Source: Ignavibacteriota bacterium (GTDB lineage Bacteria > Bacteroidota > Ignavibacteria > UBA10030 > UBA6906). From it: DNA of 64,000 nt. The notes under the pieces are model-generated. The model made no database searches. It saw only the letters and a list, made by a program, of their open reading frames with translations, and was not told the origin of the DNA. Numbering within the stretch: position 1 is the stretch's first letter; every line of letters begins with the position of its first letter. Shown in pieces: positions 1 to 8,413 of this stretch. The stretch is from contig CAWDEM010000008.1 in the NCBI GenBank assembly GCA_963801355.1, positions 608,001-672,000 on the forward strand, written 5' to 3'. A program made the position numbers and the translations under genes.

Positions 1-703
1 GGTTGGTAGTAGGTTTACTGTCGTAAGTGATGCGGCAGCTTCAAATGGAAAATACATAACTGTTCAGGCTGGTGTACAATCACTTTCCGCAGCTCCAACC
101 GATAGTGCTGGGTTACTCACCATCCCTTTTACGGTGACCAAGGATTCAACCTACTACGTATTTGGCCGCGTAAACTGTCCAACGTATGATGACGATTCGT
201 TTTGGGCAAAAGTGGACGATAGTACGTTTGTGAATTGTAATGGATTGAAAACAACCGGATGGGCGTGGATGAACTTGACCAGTTATCCACTGACAAAGGG
301 TAGTCACACCCTCATTATTGGCTATCGCGAGGATGGAGCCTGTCTTGATAAATTATGCATTACCAATGATATGATTGCTCCAACAGGAATGGGCGAAGCT
401 GATCCTACATTGGTTGGAGTAAATTCTATAGAGGCAATTGATGGCTATGAATTGGGACAGAATTATCCAAATCCGTTCAATCCTATCTCAACAATACGCT
501 ACGACATACCTCATGCAGGTATTGTTTCGTTGAATGTTTACGATGTCATTGGCAGAGAGGTGGGGAATCTTGTGAATGAGGTGCAAGAACCGGGAACATA
601 TTCTGTCTGCTTCGACGCCTCCACATTCTCGAGCGGAATGTATCTGTACAAGCTTGCATCAGGGAAGTTCAGTCAAACGAAAAAGATGATCGTGGTAAGA
701 TAG
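1..703 (+). CDS. C-terminal part of a T9SS-secreted protein, probably carbohydrate-active; 5' end lies outside the window
   Basis: The frame of ORF 134..703 stays open back to base 2. It ends in a T9SS type A sorting domain (LGQNYPNPFNP...SGMYLYKL...KKMIVVR). Confidence 0.85.
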   Translation, partial: VGSRFTVVSDAAASNGKYITVQAGVQSLSAAPTDSAGLLTIPFTVTKDSTYYVFGRVNCPTYDDDSFWAKVDDSTFVNCNGLKTTGWAWMNLTSYPLTKGSHTLIIGYREDGACLDKLCITNDMIAPTGMGEADPTLVGVNSIEAIDGYELGQNYPNPFNPISTIRYDIPHAGIVSLNVYDVIGREVGNLVNEVQEPGTYSVCFDASTFSSGMYLYKLASGKFSQTKKMIVVR

Positions 704-704
704 C

Positions 705-801
705 CGAACGCTCTCGTCATTGTCAAATGCGTTCGCAGCTCCTGCAATCGGTGTTGAATCGGTGCGGACAACGAGCGACTGCGTAACTTCACAATGACGA
801 G
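705..801. repeat. ~80-bp island-end repeat, copy A
   Basis: cgaacgctctcgtcattgt...ctgcaatcggtgttgaatcggtgcggacaacgagcgactgcg matches 4456, 4820 and 6198. Perfect 11-bp inverted repeat at 713-723/791-801. Confidence 0.9.
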
Positions 802-826
802 TTGTAGTCAGTAGAAGTAGCTGGCA

Positions 827-1327
827 CTACTGCTTGTCAGCCTTCGCTGTCACCGGTATGCCAGAATCGTGGCTGTAGATTACTTTCCATTGACCCGCGA
901 GATTCTTGAAGACCATCGTATAGGCGTGCGGGTTGAATGTAATCTTGTCTCCGGACTTCAGGATGGTGTCATCCTTGCCATCCCAGGCGCAGATGACGAT
1001 GTCCTTAGCGATGAAGATGAAGTCCTGGCGAGTGGTGGTCCATTTGCAGGCGGCTACAGACTTGGCCCAATCAGGGACAAACTTCTTGAAGGTTTGATAG
1101 TCCCACCGTGAACCGTCAGCATTGACCATTCCCCAATCACGCGAATCGGCATAGTAGTCTAACCACCCCGCGTCTACCCTCGCAAGTTTTGATATGATGC
1201 TGTCGCATACCGCCTTGATTTCGCTCTTTGTTTGGTCCTTTTGTTGCTGGGTCAATTGATCGCTTGGTGGCGAAGTGCACCCAAGAAACGAGAGCAGCAG
1301 GGCTCCAACAAAGATTTTCGCTTTCAT
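827..1327 (-). CDS. NTF2/SnoaL-like (DUF4440-like) lipoprotein
   Basis: Lipobox-like LLSFLGC, C-terminal YTMVFKNLAGQWKVIYSHDS typical of the NTF2-like fold, GGAGG RBS. Confidence 0.75.
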   Translation of the reverse strand: MKAKIFVGALLLSFLGCTSPPSDQLTQQQKDQTKSEIKAVCDSIISKLARVDAGWLDYYADSRDWGMVNADGSRWDYQTFKKFVPDWAKSVAACKWTTTRQDFIFIAKDIVICAWDGKDDTILKSGDKITFNPHAYTMVFKNLAGQWKVIYSHDSGIPVTAKADKQ

Positions 1328-1399
1328 CGTGACCTCCGTTTGGTGGACCTGCCTAGATTACCAGCGCGCGACTCCGTTAACAACGTGTCGTCACGAGAA

Positions 1400-1786
1400 T
1401 TAGGTCGAGTCCTTCTTCTTTAAAGTCAAAACAGTGTCCACAACCAAGGCAAGCAGTACTCCGACTGCATTCGCAACAAGGTCCATGCTGTCGTATACGT
1501 TGGTCATGATTCCGAACCCATCGAAGACTTCGAACAGCTCTACCGCCGCAAGGGCAAGACCCGCCGCCCAGAGCCGCTTGTATCTAGACTGGACCGGAAC
1601 GAAAAGTGCATTGAAATATACTGCGAAAGATACCGCTACGTTGGCCGCGTAGGCATCAATAACCGCCTCAAACGGTCCCGAATAATGTCTCTTGAACACA
1701 AGCACAGCCACGCCAAGCATGACAAAAACAATGTTGCGCATGCTGGTCATGCCGTCAGAACTGAAGCCCTGTCCTTTCACCGGCAT
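1400..1786 (-). CDS. Small membrane protein (VanZ/DUF2809-like)
   Basis: About 4 hydrophobic segments, VELFE and YDSMDLVANAVG motifs, GGAGG RBS. True start may be 1742. Confidence 0.65.
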   Translation of the reverse strand: MPVKGQGFSSDGMTSMRNIVFVMLGVAVLVFKRHYSGPFEAVIDAYAANVAVSFAVYFNALFVPVQSRYKRLWAAGLALAAVELFEVFDGFGIMTNVYDSMDLVANAVGVLLALVVDTVLTLKKKDST

Positions 1787-1833
1787 GGTACGTCCTCCGA
1801 GAGGCCTGACGCACAGTCACGTGTCCTGGGTCC

Positions 1834-3945
1834 TTATTTCAACAACATCATTCGCTTTGACTCGACATAGTTTCCAGCAGTCAATCGGCAAATGTACACG
1901 CCCGACGAGAGCTTCGCTCCATTGAATTCGATCTGATACTTGCCCGGAGCCTTCTGCCCATCAAGCATTACCGCAACCTCCCTGCCGAGCAGATCGTACA
2001 CAGCCAACCTCACATGACTGGTCGCTGACACCTGAATCCTAATTCCTGTTCTCGGATTGAAGGGATTCGGGTAGTTCTGATGCAAGACCATAGTTCGTGG
2101 AATGCCATTATCATACTCTTGCACCGATGTCATTTCCGAAACCAGCCTTCGCCAGACTCCATTGGAAGATGATCCAGCAAATAGATTTGCGCCCAAAACG
2201 GCAAGGGAGGAGCCACCAGAGCTCACCCAACCCGCGTTGACATGTTTCCAATTTGCGCCGCCATCGGTCGATAGAAACACGCCGCCAGACGTTGCGGCAA
2301 AGAGATTCTCTTCGCTAAGAATAAGAGCAGAGACATTCCGGTATGTCAAGCCGGAATTGTCGGCCGTCCAAGTGGCACCACTGTTGCTAGAACGGAAAAC
2401 ACCACCGGTGGTTCCAGCGAAGAGATTCGTGCCGATGACGGCCAGAGCTTGGACATTTAAGTTCGTCAGGCCCGAATTGACAGCAGTCCAACTGGCACCG
2501 TTATTCGTGGAAAGAAAGACACCATCGTAGTAGGTCCCGGCAAAAAGATACGCCCCGCTGATGGCCAGAGCTTGAACACGCAAGCTCGTCAAACCGGGAT
2601 TGACAGCAGTCCAATTGGTACCGTTGTTTGTGGAAAGAAAGACACCACCGCCGTAGGTTCCAGCAAAGAGATTCGTGCCGCCCTCCCCGTTGAGGCTGAT
2701 GGCAAGAGCTCTGACATCCCGGGTCGTCAAACCCGAACTGGCAGCAGTCCAACTCGTGCCTTGGTTAGTCGACAGAAAAACGCCGCCAGCGTTGGTTCCG
2801 GCCAGGAGATTCGTGGCATTGACGGCAAGAGCCTGGACATTCAAGTCCGTCAAGCCTGAATTGACGGCGGTCCAATTGGTGCCGTCATCCGTAGAAGAAT
2901 AGACGCCACCAACGGCAGTTCCGGCGAAGAGATATGGGCCGATGGCGGCCAGAGCTCCGACAAGCCCGCTCGCCAAACCCGAATTGACTTGTGTCCAACT
3001 GGAACCACCGTTGGTAGTACGAAAGGCGCCACGAAGGAGGGTTCCGACAAAGAGATCCGTGCCGCTGACGGCAAAAGCGTAGACCTTCGCCATGATGGGC
3101 AGATCCGATTGGACCGAAGTCCAAGTACCACCGTTGTTGGTTGAACGGTATACACCATTGCTTGTTCCAACAAAAATATCTGTGCCGCTGACGGCAAAAG
3201 CGATTACTGACGCCGAGATCGGCAGACCCGAATTGGCAGCAGTCCAACTGGTTCCGTCGTTGGTAGAGACGAAGACGCCCATATAGAATAATGTTCCGGC
3301 AAAGAGATTCGTGCCGCTGACGGCGAGAGTCCGTACGTCCGGGTTCGTCAAGCCGGAATTGACAGCAGTCCAAGTACCACCATTGTTTGTAGAACGGAAC
3401 ACGCCACTGTGGGTTCCAGCAAAAATAGTCGTACCCCTGACGGCGAGGGTCCAGACATCCGGGTCCGTCAAGCCGGAATTGACAGCAGTCCAACTAGTGC
3501 CATTGTTCGTGGAAAGGAAGACACCACCACCGTAGGTTCCGGCAAAGAGATACGTGCCGTTGATGGCAAGTGCTTGGACATCTAAGGTCGTCAGGCCTGA
3601 ATTGACGGCAGTCCAACTGGAACCGTTGTTGCTGGAGAGAAAGACGCCACCGTCGGTTCCGGCAAAGAGATTCGTGCCGCTGACGGCAAGCGCCCAGACT
3701 GTCCCACTCCCCAAACCCGAATTGACAGCAGTCCAACTGGCACCGTTGTTGGTCGAGAGATAGACGCCACCATCTGTAGTTCCGGCAAAGAGATTTGCGT
3801 CACTCACGGCAAAACACCGGATGGTTTCCCCTGCGGGCAATGTGGTACGCACCCATTGGGCATCCATTCGTGAGAGACATACAAGCACGCCAAAGAACAG
3901 AAGACTGTGACTCGAAGTTTTCACGTTACACCTCCGCGGAAGCAT
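1834..3945 (-). CDS. T9SS-secreted beta-propeller repeat protein (BNR/Asp-box-like repeats)
   Basis: Signal peptide, about 13 repeats of GVFLSTNNGxSWTAVNSGL and a T9SS CTD (HQNYPNPFNP...KRMMLLK). Start is probably the GTG near 3924 after a GGAGG RBS. Confidence 0.9.
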   Translation of the reverse strand: MLPRRCNVKTSSHSLLFFGVLVCLSRMDAQWVRTTLPAGETIRCFAVSDANLFAGTTDGGVYLSTNNGASWTAVNSGLGSGTVWALAVSGTNLFAGTDGGVFLSSNNGSSWTAVNSGLTTLDVQALAINGTYLFAGTYGGGVFLSTNNGTSWTAVNSGLTDPDVWTLAVRGTTIFAGTHSGVFRSTNNGGTWTAVNSGLTNPDVRTLAVSGTNLFAGTLFYMGVFVSTNDGTSWTAANSGLPISASVIAFAVSGTDIFVGTSNGVYRSTNNGGTWTSVQSDLPIMAKVYAFAVSGTDLFVGTLLRGAFRTTNGGSSWTQVNSGLASGLVGALAAIGPYLFAGTAVGGVYSSTDDGTNWTAVNSGLTDLNVQALAVNATNLLAGTNAGGVFLSTNQGTSWTAASSGLTTRDVRALAISLNGEGGTNLFAGTYGGGVFLSTNNGTNWTAVNPGLTSLRVQALAISGAYLFAGTYYDGVFLSTNNGASWTAVNSGLTNLNVQALAVIGTNLFAGTTGGVFRSSNSGATWTADNSGLTYRNVSALILSEENLFAATSGGVFLSTDGGANWKHVNAGWVSSGGSSLAVLGANLFAGSSSNGVWRRLVSEMTSVQEYDNGIPRTMVLHQNYPNPFNPRTGIRIQVSATSHVRLAVYDLLGREVAVMLDGQKAPGKYQIEFNGAKLSSGVYICRLTAGNYVESKRMMLLK

Positions 3946-4305
3946 CCATCACCGAACTACTTGAGCCGCACCAACAATGAGTCCAGTTCTCAACGTTCTA
4001 GTGCCTCGGGGCCAGAAACGGATAGGGATCACTTGCATTGGCAGACCCCGATGGGGCGAGAGTGCTCGTTAGGGATTCGGGACTGGATGTCTGCCCAGAA
4101 TACCCCCTAAGCACGCTTCCCTCCGAGGACGCACTATCCACGAACAAGATACTCCGGTGTGTGCGAATTGTCAAGGAATGGGAACAGGCTGGATGGATCC
4201 CAAGAATTGGAACCCATGAATCGAAAAAAAGGAGGCGGAGGAAAAACAAATGGCGGATCGAATATCGAAAATCGAGGATCGAGGATGCTGATAGTAGTAT
4301 GACGC

Positions 4306-4460
4306 ATTGCCTCAGAGCTCCTGCGAAGCGGGACCTCGCCTGCTCCGAACTACGCAGAAGTCCGTGGCGCCGAGAGCGACAAAGACTCTGTGCACAAACT
4401 CAAGGTCGTGCTCAAGGAACTCAATGAGTCGCTGGTCTGGCTTGCGATAATTCAGAGAGA
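4306..4460 (+). pseudogene. Fragment of a four-helix-bundle protein (23S rRNA IVP / TIGR02436-like)
   Basis: Manual translation IASELLRSGTSPAPNYAEVRGAESDKDSVHKLKVVLKELNESLVWLAIIQ. Preceded by short GAGGATC-type repeats (4254-4286) and cut off by repeat copy B. Confidence 0.8.
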
Positions 4461-4535
4461 GTCGAATGCGCTCGTCATTGTGAGTGGGGGCAAACTGTTA
4501 CTGCAATCGCTGTTGAATCGGGTGCGAACAACGAG
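4456..4535. repeat. ~80-bp island-end repeat, copy B
   Basis: agagagtcgaatgcgctcgtcattgtgagt...gggtgcgaacaacgag matches 6198-6275. Confidence 0.9.
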
Positions 4536-4595
4536 GGAGAATCCGGCTGTGCCGTCCACTCTTCTTTAAGAGATATTCCTGTTCACATCGTGCGA

Positions 4596-4772
4596 CTATT
4601 TCAACTTCTCCACAACCATTAGGAAGTCAACTTGTACCCCGTAGAATAGGAAAAATGGACGGACATTCGGCATCACCGCAACAACATCTCCATCCAGCCC
4701 GTTCAACAACTGTTCAAGCTTTTCCTGCATATTGTCTTTGTTGACTTCCACACGATGCACTCTGTATTTCAT
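4596..4772 (-). CDS. Small hypothetical protein (58 aa, MKYRVHRVEV...)
   Basis: GAGGG RBS before the ATG at 4772 and plausible globular composition. Confidence 0.6.
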   Translation of the reverse strand: MKYRVHRVEVNKDNMQEKLEQLLNGLDGDVVAVMPNVRPFFLFYGVQVDFLMVVEKLK

Positions 4773-4819
4773 ATCGTCCCTCTGCGTTCTTGTGGTGTCT
4801 TCTGGACTATCACTTTGCC

Positions 4820-4905
4820 ACGCTCTTGTCATTGTGAGTTGGGTTCAACTGCCCCTGCAATTGCTGTTGAATCGGGTGCGGACAAGGAGCAATCGCGTCA
4901 CTTCA
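4820..4905. repeat. ~80-bp island-end repeat, copy C
   Basis: acgctcttgtcattgtgagttggg...gggtgcggacaaggagcaatcgcgtcacttca matches the other copies. Confidence 0.9.
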
Positions 4906-4995
4906 CAAGAGAACAGTTGGATAAAATGTCCCGCTTTCAGACGATAGACATACACACCACTCGCAAGATTAGAACTATCAAATTCGGCCTCGTGG
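4898..4995 (-). pseudogene. Orphan T9SS C-terminal-domain stub
   Basis: Reverse strand reads HEAEFDSSNLASGVYVYRLKAGHFIQ, closely like the end of 6285..7517 (HEVKFDGSNLASGAYVYRLTAGDFVQ). Confidence 0.85.
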
Positions 4996-5008
4996 GCTCC
5001 GACTCTCT

Positions 5009-5599
5009 TCACTCGTTCCCCAACGTAGACACCCCACGGCTGAGCAACGGGTGAGAACGCGCTAGCCAGACAAGGCCAAGACCAGTCACAATACCGTACA
5101 CCAGAGAATCCAACCCATCACCAGCACGGAAACTAATCCAGGCCAGCCCGGTCAGCATCCATCCTGTCACGCTAAACAAGACCCACAGGCTTGCGAGTTT
5201 CATGTGCCGACGGAAAATCCACCATTGTGGCACACCCAGAAACAACCCAAATGTAACAACGGCCGACCAATATCCCGTCAGGTGCAAGCTCCAATGGAAC
5301 GCAATGTTGGCTTGGATGGTCTGTCCAAGTGGATAACCTGCCGCAAAGCCGACGGCGCTTGCTACAAGGAACCGTACAGGGAGCACACCAACGGTTCGAA
5401 CGATGGGCCATTGCAGGCCACCTATAACTGCACCCCAGACCAACCCCTTACCAATACGAGCCCATATCAATGGCTCGCCCCCCAACAGTCTGGCTGTCTC
5501 ACTGCCCAGTTCATAACCCAGGAACATCCCAGCCGAGGAGAGCAGAACGCCGATAAGCCCTGGTTTAATGTTAGTCCAAGTAAACAGTCGCGTTGTCAT
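5009..5599 (-). CDS. Hypothetical multi-pass membrane protein
   Basis: About 6 hydrophobic helices with repeated G..QW motifs. GGAGA RBS downstream of the promoter at 5680-5708. Confidence 0.75.
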   Translation of the reverse strand: MTTRLFTWTNIKPGLIGVLLSSAGMFLGYELGSETARLLGGEPLIWARIGKGLVWGAVIGGLQWPIVRTVGVLPVRFLVASAVGFAAGYPLGQTIQANIAFHWSLHLTGYWSAVVTFGLFLGVPQWWIFRRHMKLASLWVLFSVTGWMLTGLAWISFRAGDGLDSLVYGIVTGLGLVWLARSHPLLSRGVSTLGNE

Positions 5600-5636
5600 T
5601 ATTTTCGATTCTCCAAGGCGGGTTCAATGCAACGCA

Positions 5637-5897
5637 CCGACTCCTACACCGAGTCAGAGCGCGCAATGTGTGTGGCGGAAATGTACCTCCCCCCTTCTCC
5701 AAAGTCAACTTCAATAAGGAATCGCAAGGATTTTCGGCGGTCTATGAGAACACCTACCGATGGAGATGAGCCACGACCAAGCATCACCGTCAGCAGTTGA
5801 CCAAGCACCTATCGGGAATGTGTTGCCCCTCACTTCCCGACCCCTCCAGACGATTCCCCACTGATTCCAGTTGTAGCTCGACTGGAGGGCTGATACC
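5637..5897. repeat. Diverged copy of the integrase-upstream region 8342-8589
   Basis: Shares the blocks gactcctaca(c/t)cgagtc, aatgtgtgtg(g/a)cggaaatgtac, tccaaagtcaa and tgtgttgcccctcact...ccccactgattccagttgt(a/g)gctcgactgga. Confidence 0.9.
5680..5708 (-). promoter_or_regulatory. Sigma70-type promoter TTGACT-N17-TACATT facing the cargo gene
   Basis: Near-consensus hexamers and 17-nt spacer, conserved in the second copy at 8385-8413. Confidence 0.7.
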
Positions 5898-6066
5898 TTG
5901 AGAAAGGCAGGAAGAATAACTGCTGACAGAATTGTTGACAAACAGGCTTGGGAACGGGTATGAGGATTGGGAAAAAGAACAACCCCGACGTGATGCCGGG
6001 GTTGAGGGAAAAGCTGGAAACTCAATCGACAATAGTCGATAGTCCATCGACTATTGTCCATCGTTT

Positions 6067-6203
6067 GTGCACCCACCAGGACTCGAATCCCGTCCCGACC
6101 GAAGTTAGCTAGGCGAAGCCGCAGCTAACTTCGTTGTCGGGACGCGGATCCTCGTCCCGCGCTGCGCGCGGGGCGGGACCTGGAACCCACTGATTAAGAG
6201 AGT
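6067..6203 (-). mobile_element. Displaced tRNA-Lys 3' half (att core) interrupted by a 91-bp hairpin insert
   Basis: gtgcacccaccaggactcgaa[6088-6178]cctggaacccactgattaagag is identical to 28509-28551 apart from the insert. Confidence 0.95.
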
Positions 6204-6292
6204 CGAACGCTCTCGTCATTGTGAGTTGGGGCAAACTGCTTCTGCAATCGCTGTTGAATCGGGTGCGGACAACGAGCGACTGCGTTACTTCA
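6198..6292. repeat. ~80-bp island-end repeat, copy D, abutting the att core
   Basis: Lies between the tRNA fragment and the stop codon of 6285..7517. Confidence 0.9.
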
Positions 6293-7517
6293 ACAGAATG
6301 AGTTTTTTCGATTGAACGAAATCCCCCGCTGTCAGACGGTAGACGTACGCACCACTCGCAAGATTCGAACCATCGAACTTGACCTCGTGAACGCCAGCAT
6401 CTCTCCTCTCATTCACCAACGGGGATACCTCACGACCAAGCATGTCATGGAGACTCAGGCTGACATGCGATGTCTTGGACAAATCGAACTTGATGGTCGT
6501 TGTCGGATTGAATGGGTTTGGATAATTTTGTGAAAGCGAAGACTCTCCGGGCATTTCGTCGGTCTGCCCTGCATTGACAGACGTTGTTCCCCCGTTTGTG
6601 GTTCTGACGATTCTGCCGTTTTCAGCAACAGCGGTCCCGTTATTTGCATCGGTAAAGGAGATGTCAATCAAATGCTTTGTTGTTCCACTTGTTTGTTGTG
6701 TCCAGGTTATACCTCCGTCTGTAGTTCTGCGGATTCTGCCGTTCTCACCGACGGCAGTGCCGTTATTTGCATCGGTGAAGGAGACACTATATAGCTTGTT
6801 TGTTGCTCCACTTGTCTGTTGCGTCCAGGTTATTCCTCTGTCCGTGGTTCTGAGGATTATGCCGTTGTCACCAACAACAGTTCCGGTGTTTACATCGGTG
6901 AAGGAGACATCATACAAATCGTTTGCCGTTCCGCTTGATTGTGAAGTCCAGGTTGTTCCTCCGTCCGTGGTTCTCAGAATCGTACCCTCATAACCGACAG
7001 CCGTCCCGTTGTTCAAGTCAATAAAAGAGACTCCCTCCAGATATCGTGTTGTTCCGCTTGATTGTGAAGTCCATGTCGTTCCGCCGTTTGTGGTTCCGAC
7101 AATTCTGCCGTTTTCACCGACAGCCGTCCCATTGTCTGCATCGATGAAGGAGACGTCATACAGGTCGTTTGTTGTTCCACCCGATTGTCGAGTCCAGGTT
7201 GTTCCTCCGTTTGTGGTTCGGAGGATTCTGCCGTTCTCACCGACAGCCGTTCCGATGTTTACATCTCTAAAGGATACAGCCAGCAAAAAGTCTGATGTTC
7301 CGCTTGTCTGCTGTACCCAGGTTGTCCCCCCGTTTGTCGTCCTGAGGATTCTGCCGTTTTCACCGACAGCTGTTCCGTTGTTTACATCTGTAAAGGAGAC
7401 ACCGCCCAAATCTTCTGTTGTGCCGCTTGTTTGCTGATACCACTGCCCAAATGACGGGCATACGGAGAACACGAGCGGAACCACGACGAGGAATACACGC
7501 TTGAAGTTCCTTTTCAT
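6285..7517 (-). CDS. T9SS-secreted YCF48-like beta-propeller protein
   Basis: Signal peptide, 7 repeats of L..VSFTD.N.GTAVGENGRILRTTNGGTTW and a T9SS CTD. Confidence 0.9.
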   Translation of the reverse strand: MKRNFKRVFLVVVPLVFSVCPSFGQWYQQTSGTTEDLGGVSFTDVNNGTAVGENGRILRTTNGGTTWVQQTSGTSDFLLAVSFRDVNIGTAVGENGRILRTTNGGTTWTRQSGGTTNDLYDVSFIDADNGTAVGENGRIVGTTNGGTTWTSQSSGTTRYLEGVSFIDLNNGTAVGYEGTILRTTDGGTTWTSQSSGTANDLYDVSFTDVNTGTVVGDNGIILRTTDRGITWTQQTSGATNKLYSVSFTDANNGTAVGENGRIRRTTDGGITWTQQTSGTTKHLIDISFTDANNGTAVAENGRIVRTTNGGTTSVNAGQTDEMPGESSLSQNYPNPFNPTTTIKFDLSKTSHVSLSLHDMLGREVSPLVNERRDAGVHEVKFDGSNLASGAYVYRLTAGDFVQSKKLILLK

Positions 7518-7738
7518 GAGATGTCCCTTTCACCTATATACAGAGAAAAGCGACGCACGAGGGGACGTCGGCAGGTCGTCGGGTACAACGCAGGACGGAA
7601 CATTCGGCGGCACGCTGAGTCCCACTTTTGCTTGTTTCGGAAACCAAACGACTGGTTGTAGGTTGAGCATTGTAGTCCATCGTAGCTATGCCCGTGCCTT
7701 CGCGAGCACAGGCCTCACAACCAATGAACTACACTTGC

Positions 7739-8125
7739 TCAGAGAGCTTGCACACCAGGAGGACTTCGCTCGTGAACAAGCGAAAGAATACAGTTCGAAG
7801 GGAGTGAAACAACGTGGGGAATGTGAAAAGCACATAAACAGGTTCGAATGTCTAACGCAGGCTTGCAGGGGCACGCGGTCTCAACGGAAATCTTGCGCAC
7901 TCGGATGCGCTGGCAGAGGAAACTCTTCTTGCGTGGAGTGATCTGCTTCTGTTTGTGCGGGGGGCTCTTTTGCCTGGCGTGACTGTGGGGCTTCGATTCA
8001 CCGGCCAGCGTTACCGTGTGTGGGGGGGCTATCCGCGTTTGAGCATACAGACTCACACGCGGTGCAGAAAAGCCCAATGAAAACAGAAACACCAAAGGTA
8101 TGGAGAAGACTCTCTTCATGACCAA
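7739..8125 (-). CDS. Small exported protein with a Cys/His cluster and C-terminal RSPP
   Basis: N-terminal signal-like segment, CPC...CLCAFHIPH and HERSPPG. Confidence 0.5.
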   Translation of the reverse strand: MVMKRVFSIPLVFLFSLGFSAPRVSLYAQTRIAPPHTVTLAGESKPHSHARQKSPPHKQKQITPRKKSFLCQRIRVRKISVETACPCKPALDIRTCLCAFHIPHVVSLPSNCILSLVHERSPPGVQAL

Positions 8126-8384
8126 AATACTATCCTCGTACCTTTAGGAAGCGGCCACCACTAATGGATATCAACCCCATGTCATCCCCTGCTACAACAC
8201 CAACCGTCTCGAGGACCTCGCTGACGATACTTCAGCGCGAGCTGAACACAATGAACTTGAATCTTCTTGAGACCGGTGCCTGACGAAAGATGTCGGCCGG
8301 TCGTCGGGTTAGACGGTATCTCATAAACACTCGGCGACTCGCTGACTCCTACATCGAGTCGGAGCTCGTAATGTGTGTGACGGA

Positions 8385-8413
8385 AATGTACTCCCCCCCC
8401 TTTCCAAAGTCAA
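8385..8413 (-). promoter_or_regulatory. Sigma70-type promoter TTGACT-N17-TACATT, divergent from the integrase
   Basis: Near-consensus hexamers, conserved at 5680-5708. Confidence 0.7.

Noticed and set aside
3965-4080. attC site upstream of the 703-aa repeat gene (CCCTAAC...GTTGGTG on the minus strand)
   Set aside because: The ends are not complementary and no convincing internal stem was found.
4306-4460. Diversity-generating retroelement (Avd-like accessory gene)
   Set aside because: No reverse transcriptase and no TR/VR pair with adenine-specific mismatches in the window.
6067-6203. Intron-containing or extra functional tRNA genes at 6067, 11579 and 20206
   Set aside because: The 5' half (acceptor strand and D arm) is absent, and the 91-bp insert lacks group I/II intron features.
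705-6292. CRISPR array formed by the ~80-bp repeats
   Set aside because: Repeats are too long and diverged, spacing is irregular (0.36-3.7 kb), and there are no cas genes.
1834-7517. Non-coding tandem repeats or CRISPR within 1834-3945 and 6285-7517
   Set aside because: The periodicity is in-frame beta-propeller protein repeats with synonymous variation.
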